A DNA stretch of 64,000 nt. It comes from Octopus sinensis (Eukaryota). The notes beneath the pieces were generated by a model. The model did not search any database. It was not told where the DNA came from and was given only the letters and a program-made list of their open reading frames with translations. The position numbers and the translations under genes are program-made. The first letter of the stretch is position 1, and each line of letters begins with the position of its first letter. Where the stretch lies: NCBI RefSeq assembly GCF_006345805.1, contig NC_043002.1:93558001-93622000 (forward strand), in the 5' to 3' direction. Below are positions 58,336-64,000 of the stretch, piece by piece.

Positions 58336-59872
58336 TAGCTGAAAGACCGCCCCAGGCGGTTTTCTGCTAGCCACTAGATAATATTTTGGCGTAACTTCGG
58401 TATAAGTACCGGATACATTTCAAGAAAGTGTTTTTTTTTTATATATGGGGGGGTTAGGGTTTGTGTTAGGGGTGGGAGAAAAGGGTTTCTGTTATCTTCA
58501 GAAATGTAAACAAAGTCACGTGTGTACATATACCGAAGGATCGCCAATATTTTCACATTTGATTCCCATTTCTAATAATTTTTATGATATTGTTTGCCAT
58601 TGTGCCTTTGCTGCTAGATGTTCTTTTTCTGTCGCACATTTTGGCATGCGGGTTCAAGCGAAAGAATGCCCATATTTTTTGGACGTCCCATGTTGAATTG
58701 CAAAATTGTAATGCGATATTTGTGTAATAACGAAATCAAACCTGGTGTGTGTGTGTGTTTATGTTACAGAGACAGTGTTTTTATATCAGAGAGATAGTGT
58801 GTGTGCATGTGTGTGAAAGAGTTGGTGAGAGAACACTGCAAACCATGAATGAAATAAACCCAAAGATAATGGGTTTACCTCGAACGTTTTCCTCCCGAAG
58901 TTTTTTTCGAATCTTCATAGCTACATTAAATGCATTATCTGTTTCTTCATCATCATGGGTAGGTGGTTTTGACTGAGCCTTTATTTCAAGAGGTTCCTCT
59001 TTAGTCAAAACAGGTTTAATCTTTTTCAGGACGGTTGATGCTCCTTCGTTTTGATCGTTAAGGCCAAAATATTGATTATCAATAAAATGCAGATTTTCTC
59101 TTTGCAAATCTTCTTTATTCTCTGCCAAAGAATGTGCTCGGTGTGTAGAATTTAGTTCTAACGATGGTGGCTCATCTGTTGTTCCGGACATCGGTTTGTT
59201 GAAATATTGCGAATCGATAAAGTTTTCATCTGATACAAATTCATGAGTAACATTATTTAAATCATGATTCTGGCTTCTGTGCAAATCCTTATTTTCCAAA
59301 TCCATCAAGGTATGGTTAGCAGATGAAGTAATTTTTTCATTATCCATTAATCCCTTCGATTCGGATGCATATTCGGTTCGTGAAAAATATTGATTATCGA
59401 TATATTCAAACTCTGAGTTCTTATTTCTGGAAGCATCTAATTTACGAAAATTGGAAATATTATCTTCGGTCTCTGTAGAAATTCTGCTTTCAAATGACGA
59501 GTCTCCTAAATGAACGTCATGTTTCTCTCTTACCATTTTATCAGTAAGGGCATGTTTATTATAAGAATCTAGTCGAATACTACCAAACGGTACTTGAAAA
59601 ATTTTTTCAAGCGATGGGTCTGACATTTTATCGACCATTTTAGGTAAATATTTTTTGTATATATAATCGTTATTTACAACTTCATCAACCTTTTCAGATG
59701 GTTGTCCGAGGGAGTCCTTTTCACTGATTCCAAAGAAGTCTTCTTCTGCCGAATCAACAGACGAAGAGTATTTCTTAATTAACGGTATAGAATTCCAAAT
59801 ATTTCGACATAACTTTTTTCGCTTAAGAAAATAATGACAATGAAGACCCTTTCGAAGCTGTGACGGGTTCAT
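42835..59872 (-). CDS. RPUSD4: Mitochondrial RNA pseudouridine synthase, RluA family, RPUSD4-like; complement(join(42835..43026,44123..44220,44662..44803,46999..47048,49269..49369,49474..49603,53195..53239,57605..57730,58879..59872)), 1878 nt, 625 aa
   Basis: RluA-family motifs in order: [15 protein letters not shown] (motif I), [13 protein letters not shown] (catalytic Asp), [36 protein letters not shown], and the RPUSD4-type ending LAPQ...RYIPMHLH. Basic N-terminus resembles a mitochondrial presequence. All junctions GT-AG and in phase. Confidence 0.9.
44123..44220 (-). CDS. RPUSD4: RPUSD4-like exon 8 (98 nt)
   Basis: tttcag|GT; [32 protein letters not shown]; CAG|gtaaat. Confidence 0.94.
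44662..44803 (-). CDS. RPUSD4: RPUSD4-like exon 7 (142 nt)
   Basis: ctaag|ATG; MVLKPDY...AVTHYKVL...ALVECQPKT; G|gtaatt. Confidence 0.92.
44950..45183 (+). mobile_element. Family B SINE, 3' half
   Basis: Matches the 3' half of 54175. Confidence 0.8.
45384..46560 (+). mobile_element. Mariner transposon, decayed, right TIR not found
   Basis: ta-ttaggtcatcccataa left end; [13 protein letters not shown] and [14 protein letters not shown] motifs. Confidence 0.88.
46999..47048 (-). CDS. RPUSD4: RPUSD4-like exon 6 (50 nt)
   Basis: gtcaag|GA (AAG acceptor); [16 protein letters not shown]; AGA|gtaagt. Confidence 0.88.
47085..47575 (+). mobile_element. Mariner transposase fragment split by a family A repeat
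   Basis: KAKVVP.ARKVMA..FWDAKG and [16 protein letters not shown] across frameshifts. Confidence 0.7.
47791..47835 (-). pseudogene. Decayed minimal hammerhead-like motif
   Basis: Minus strand: GCTGAG-CTGATGA-T-GCC-tattgt-GGC-T-GGAAC-ATCT-GTC-CACAAC; GGAA instead of GAAA; helix I only 4 of 6 paired. Confidence 0.45.
48274..48619 (-). mobile_element. Family D tRNA-headed SINE, 14-bp TSD
   Basis: TSD acagcatcccatgt at 48260-48273 and 48620-48633. Confidence 0.88.
49269..49369 (-). CDS. RPUSD4: RPUSD4-like exon 5 (101 nt)
   Basis: atatag|G; [33 protein letters not shown]; G|gtatgt. Confidence 0.93.
49474..49603 (-). CDS. RPUSD4: RPUSD4-like exon 4 (130 nt), catalytic HRLD motif
   Basis: tttag|GT; GPGVHVSL...[16 protein letters not shown]; AG|gtaaaa. 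Confidence 0.94.
50064..50613 (-). mobile_element. Internally deleted mariner (550 bp), both TIRs and TA TSD
   Basis: ttgggttgtccggaaagttcgtgctgattt / aaatcagcacaaacttttcggacatcccaa; [30 protein letters not shown]. Confidence 0.9.
50871..51085. repeat. Fold-back made of two family A 3' ends
   Basis: ~95-bp inverted arms that include the flanking aattatttca. Confidence 0.85.
51094..51320. mobile_element. piggyBac-like MITE family P2
   Basis: ttaa-ccctttagt ... actaaaggg-ttaa. Confidence 0.8.
52502..52585 (-). pseudogene. Decayed hammerhead ribozyme, same family as 17589-17677
   Basis: Same layout and flank (aatcaaaataagcaacaag on +), but core reads CCGATGA and the triplet is TTA, breaking the palindrome. 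Confidence 0.6.
53195..53239 (-). CDS. RPUSD4: RPUSD4-like exon 3 (45 nt)
   Basis: ttacag|AT; [14 protein letters not shown]; G|gtaagt. Confidence 0.92.
53290..53904. mobile_element. piggyBac-like MITE family P1, interrupted by a Helitron-like element
   Basis: P1 body resumes at 53732 exactly where it broke at 53344. Confidence 0.7.
53345..53731 (+). mobile_element. Non-autonomous Helitron-like element
   Basis: A|TC start (tctttatatataaaa), subterminal hairpin ccc(a)agcaacgccggg, CTAG|T end, no TSD. Confidence 0.8.
54175..54585 (+). mobile_element. Family B tRNA-headed SINE, full length
   Basis: As for 14009. Confidence 0.85.
55515..55932 (+). mobile_element. Family A retroposon
   Basis: Tandem units, core, (GAT)n tail. 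Confidence 0.8.
56173..56560 (-). mobile_element. Family B tRNA-headed SINE
   Basis: Reverse-orientation copy. Confidence 0.85.
56715..56975 (+). mobile_element. Family A retroposon
   Basis: Core plus gttaaatgatgatg tail. Confidence 0.8.
57605..57730 (-). CDS. RPUSD4: RPUSD4-like exon 2 (126 nt)
   Basis: ccacag|AT; [12 protein letters not shown]...[14 protein letters not shown]; A|gtaagt. Confidence 0.85.
58177..58292. mobile_element. Small TA-flanked MITE with perfect inverted arms
   Basis: atacaagataagaaaatggagaaataca (58175-58202) is the exact reverse complement of 58267-58294. Confidence 0.7.
58335..58794 (-). mobile_element. Non-autonomous Helitron-like element in RPUSD4 intron 1
   Basis: Minus strand: A|TC start, hairpin accgcctggggcggt, CTAG|T end. 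Confidence 0.7.
58879..59872 (-). CDS. RPUSD4: RPUSD4-like exon 1 (994 nt CDS): presequence plus long acidic extension
   Basis: Longest ORF in window; phase-1 donor G|gtaaac fits the phase-1 acceptor at 57730. Confidence 0.82.
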
Positions 59873-60133
59873 GATGTCACTGGAATAGGATAAATCTCTA
59901 TATATAAAATATATTTATATAAATCATATATATTCAATAGAAGACAACAGAAGTTCTTCGTGCCGCATAGGAATATCCTATGAACACATGCTTGTAAACA
60001 TAAACTTATCTCTATTTCTAGAGAGGTACATTAGTTACATCTTTTTCTTTTTTATAGAAAAAAGCCTTCCAAAATAAAATTAAAAATAAATCCAATCATT
60101 TGTTCACTTTCTATGGAATTTATATAGTACAAA

Positions 60134-60352
60134 TAATAAATTAAAATCCTATAACAATTTGATTTCCGATAATAACAATTGTATAACCTTTTTAAGGGAA
60201 GTAACTCTAAACTTTTTGATTTAAAGGTTATTTAACGCCCTTCGACTTCATAGGTACGGAATGCAGGTTGCATTCCTCACCGTAAAAAGATAAACCTGAT
60301 TATTAAGAGAGCCCTGGCCAGAGGAACGTTCTCTCAGTTGTGGAGTCAGTGA
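60134..60352. repeat. Unclassified ~220-bp dispersed repeat, copy 1 (RPUSD4 upstream region)
   Basis: Closely similar direct copy at 62541-62761. Confidence 0.85.
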
Positions 60353-60527
60353 ATAATGTAGCCCTAGGCTTGGGGAAAAAGATGAGATGGTCATAAATTC
60401 CTTTGATTATAGATCTGCTGGATCAGGATTGACCTTGGGCTAAAGAGCAACAGCTAATTTGGATTTCCCAAGCTGACATATCTTTATCTCCTTTTACTTG
60501 TTTCAGGCATAATTATTTATATATTTA

Positions 60528-60690
60528 TTACACTCTCGGAGTGGTTGGCGTTAGGAAGGGCATCCAGCCATAGAAACCATGCCAAATCAGACTGGAGTCT
60601 GGTGCAGCCTTCCAGCGTGCCAGCCCTAGTCAAACCGTCCAACCCATGCCAGCATGGACAATGGACATAAAAGGATGATGACGATGTTTC
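60528..60690 (+). mobile_element. Family A retroposon, 5' truncated
   Basis: Core plus tail. Confidence 0.75.
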
Positions 60691-61693
60691 TAATGATGTG
60701 AAGATGCCCAATTGGTTCATTGTTTGCTACTGGGATAGAGACAGATGCCATGTATTGGACATCACCGTTAGCGACTTATTTGCTCTGTCTGATATACTTA
60801 ATCGTGTGTGTGTGTGGAATAAAAGTAACTGCATACGTAGCTGAACGAAATAGAGCTTTGAAATATAGTAATCTGTTTATAAATTACATATTTCAGGCTA
60901 TGGCTTTTGAGACGCTGGACTTGTGACAGGCATTGGAAGTGGAGTTGCAACACTAGGTACATAGAGAAAGGAAGCCTTAATGCATTAAAAACAGGCAAAA
61001 TAATATGCATTAAGAAACAGTCCATATGAATATTGTTTTACATAGTTTCTTGGGCCAATGTACATGACAACCACTACAGGTTGTCATGATGTATGTTGGT
61101 GAAGAAGTTGTGTGTGAATGAGCTTGTGGTGAATGTGATCGTGAATTACTTTCATGTTTTATAATGTAGGATAGGGGTGTATCAGGCTCAGGTCAGAGCA
61201 TCTGTATAAGCACAGTTAACTCTATCAAGTGAGACTGTTCCTCTAAAACCATTCTTTGGTAAAATGTTTATCAATGTGTGCCAACACGCAATAAGATCCT
61301 GAATAAGGAGTGAGAGGACTTCTCACTGCATCTTTTCTAACAAAGACATGCGTCCATGAGGCAATGTTCTCTGGAACCGAAGATTTAATAGTTTCTAGTC
61401 GAGTGTTCAATGGTGGTAACTCCTGAAATTAAGCACGTAACCGATCAACATATGGGTTAGGATCCTGTGAACTCAAATCAATAGGGGCAAGCATCTGCCC
61501 AGGCAAAGAAAAAGAAGCACCATACAATAGCTCCACTGGAGAAAAACCAAGGTCTTCCTTAATCGAAGCTTGAATGTTGAGGAGAACAATAGGAAGATAC
61601 GCAGTCCAATGTTGAATATTAGGAGAGGCTTTAAAAGCAGCTTTCAATTGATGGTGGAAACATTCCACCATTCCATTTGATGCAGGATGATAG

Positions 61694-62075
61694 GCAACCT
61701 CATCTCCAGTCTCGGGTTGGTGAGATTTTTTATCTTTCACCTTAAAAAGGTGAGGCTGGAGAGAAGATGCCTGTCAAAGAAAATGTTCAAAGAAAGATGG
61801 TTGCATGTTGTGAGGGTGCTGGGAATGAAAGATTCCTTGTGAACATGTCATAAGTCTGAATACAAAAGTTTCAGTAGGAGAATGGGGCTCATGGGGTCGG
61901 AGCGTAACCCATCTCTCTGCTTCATCTCATGTTTGTATTACGTCCTTGTTGTATCTCATTCGATTTCATTATATTTTGTAAAATTTTAAAAGTCATATAA
62001 TCATTGTGTGTCTGACCCCAATCAGGCTGTATTGTCCCCCTCTATGTTTGGGCCCTTGTGGCTAATAAAGAAATT
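61694..62075 (+). mobile_element. Retroposon 3' fragment inserted in the Gypsy integrase, 9-bp TSD
   Basis: ggatgatag at 61685-61693 and 62076-62084; tail resembles that of SINE family E. Confidence 0.7.
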
Positions 62076-62540
62076 GGATGATAGCTAGTCATAGGAATTC
62101 TTTGAGCACTGATGATTTTAGACAGTTCTGCAAAAAGATGGGATTCAAATTGTCTACCCTGAACTGTGGTAATAGTGGTAGGAACACTGTTGCATGAAAT
62201 CCAGCCCACAACAAGGCCTTGCGCTACTGACTCAGCATAAATATCACTTAATGGTACAGCATCAGGCCAATGTGAAAATCAATCAATATAAGTCAGGATT
62301 TAAGAAAATCCCTCACTGACAGGCCAGGTTCTAACAGATCAATGTGAATATGGCAAAAATGAGTGTCAGGAGTACTAAAAGTGCCAAGGGGTGCACAAAT
62401 GTGTTTATGTACCTTTGATCTCTGGCGCTGAAGACAAAATTGAAACCACTCAGTACTTTCACGCATCATATTAGGCCAGAAGAATATAGCTGAAATGAGC
62501 TTTACTGGGGCAGCGGTGTCAGGATGTGACAGAGTGTGCA

Positions 62541-62761
62541 TAATAAATTAAAATCCTATAACAATTTGATTTCCGATAATAACATAATTGTATATCCTTT
62601 TTAAGGGAAGTAACTCTAAACTTTTTTATTTAATGGTTATTTAACGTCCTCCAACTTCATAGGTACTGAATGCAGGTTGCATTCGTCACCGTAAAAAGAT
62701 AAACCTGATTATTAAGAGAGCCCTGGCCAGGGGAACGTTCTCTCAGTTGTGGAGTCAGTGA
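62541..62761. repeat. Unclassified ~220-bp dispersed repeat, copy 2 (splits the Gypsy pol)
   Basis: Same ends as copy 1; Gypsy homology resumes on both sides. Confidence 0.85.
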
Positions 62762-63008
62762 TTTATCCCAAGTTATCAATGCTTCTCAAGAACAAAAGGA
62801 TGTGGTACATCAGTAGATACGTTACATAATATTTCTTTATCAGCAGTTAATAGCGGCAGGTACTTGAACTTGCATGTAGCAAAAGCTGCAGATGAAATGT
62901 CCAGCGAGTCCAGTGGAGGTTGATCAGAGGATAAATTAGTGAAGTTGATTGCTGCAGTACACGACAAAGAATTTATAGGCAGAGGAGACAATGCAAAAAA
63001 ACTGAGAT

Positions 63009-63352
63009 ATCTATAATATAAATCCTGTTCTGTGTGTGTGTGTAAAAGATTATAATGGCTGTATTTTTCAACTGATTTTCTTCAAACTGGGAATATACAT
63101 TACTTATGTTCCAGGGATGGTTTTAGACCCTTAAAATTTTTCATATGTGTAACAGGCCCCTCCCCCTGGGGGGAAGGAAACACCCATTCCTGGGTAACAT
63201 GGAGAAGGGAGGTATGATTCTGTTCGGGTGAACCAGACGCAAACATCATCACAGGTAACTTTCAGAAACTGATTGTCTCCCTTACATCCATTGGTCAAAA
63301 ATTGATCAAATCTTATCTAATATATAAACAGAACGGGATTTATATTATAGAT
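63009..63352. mobile_element. MITE-like element with 25-bp inverted ends
   Basis: atctataatataaatcctgttctgt versus acagaacgggatttatattatagat, one mismatch. Confidence 0.65.
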
Positions 63353-64000
63353 TCATGTCTGTGATAGTTTAAAAAAATATTTACTTCCAATTTTCTATTG
63401 TCAGTGACGTCTATATCTCTCTATCCATCTGTCTCTATCTCTCTACCCATCTCTATCTCTATTTATCTCTCTGTATCTATCTGTCTAACTAGCTCTCTCT
63501 CTCTCCCCCTTTCTCTATATCTCACTCACTCTCTATTGTTTTCACTGTAAGTTTTCAATTGCTATTTACAAATAACAATGACAAATTACTGGACAGAAAG
63601 ACATTCACAATTACTGATGAAAGTAATTTCATACATAATTTACTGACAGAAGTAACTTCATAAATTTCACTAAAATCCATACACTTACTTAATTTCCCTA
63701 AAAATTTCTTATTTACTTTTGCAATGGTTTTGTGTTTTTCTGGTTCCTTCAATACTGTCTCTTTGGTTCACTAAGTGACAAATTTCACTTCAACCCATAC
63801 AATTTTTTATTTTCCATAAAAATTTCTTATTTACTTTCTGCCCGTTGTATTAAGAAATATAATTTCCTTTAACCAGTTATTTTCATTGTTTAGTACATTC
63901 TGCCCCCGTGTATTTCTGTATAGGTACATAACCATGCCTAGAAGGAAAGTGTCAAATTTGTCTATAATGTCAAGGTCAGCCAAAGGAATGTCTCTGTCCC

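Larger units (their letters stand above)
61040..62990 (-). mobile_element. Decayed Gypsy/Ty3 pol (integrase region), interrupted twice
   Basis: LCNVSTDVPHPFV, HTLSHP...FFWPNM (Zn-finger), FSHWPDAVP, GRQFES, YHPASNGMVECFHHQLKAA, PVELLYG, VFVRKDAVRSPLTPYSG in collinear order. Confidence 0.88.

Noticed and set aside
58781-58878. C-terminal tail of the 363-aa ORF ([13 protein letters not shown]...)
   Set aside because: Intron read-through past the donor at 58878, running into a Helitron-like end
60285-60345. Hammerhead-like CTGATTA...GGAACGTTC in the 220-bp repeat
   Set aside because: Both copies lack G8 and GAAA, and the helices do not close

Overview
AT-rich, repeat-dense eukaryotic genomic DNA. 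The repeat repertoire and intron style suggest an octopod cephalopod (Octopus-like); this is an inference, not a database result. Three spliced genes can be rebuilt by hand with GT-AG junctions and consistent phases: (1) the last three coding exons of a RhoGAP-domain gene (+, 459-4382; 5' part lies outside the window); (2) a complete MNAT1/MAT1 gene (+, 8 exons, 19609-39693, 304 aa); (3) a complete RPUSD4-like mitochondrial pseudouridine synthase (-, 9 exons, 59872-42835, 625 aa), convergent with MNAT1, whose 994-nt first exon encodes a long N-terminal extension with three [FY]ID[NS]QYF motifs. Introns and spacers hold several SINE-like families, CR1 3' ends, four to five mariner remnants, piggyBac-like and Merlin-like MITEs, Helitron-like elements, a solo LTR and a decayed Gypsy pol. 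The most striking unexplained signal is a set of type I hammerhead ribozyme motifs with palindromic helix III. One textbook copy (30446-30552, +) is wrapped in 41-bp inverted repeats and lies in sense orientation inside MNAT1 intron 5. A second near-intact copy lies at 17589-17677 (-), and two decayed copies lie in RPUSD4 introns. Most of the short ORFs supplied are repeat-derived and not genes. Repeat boundaries were read by eye and may be off by several bases.
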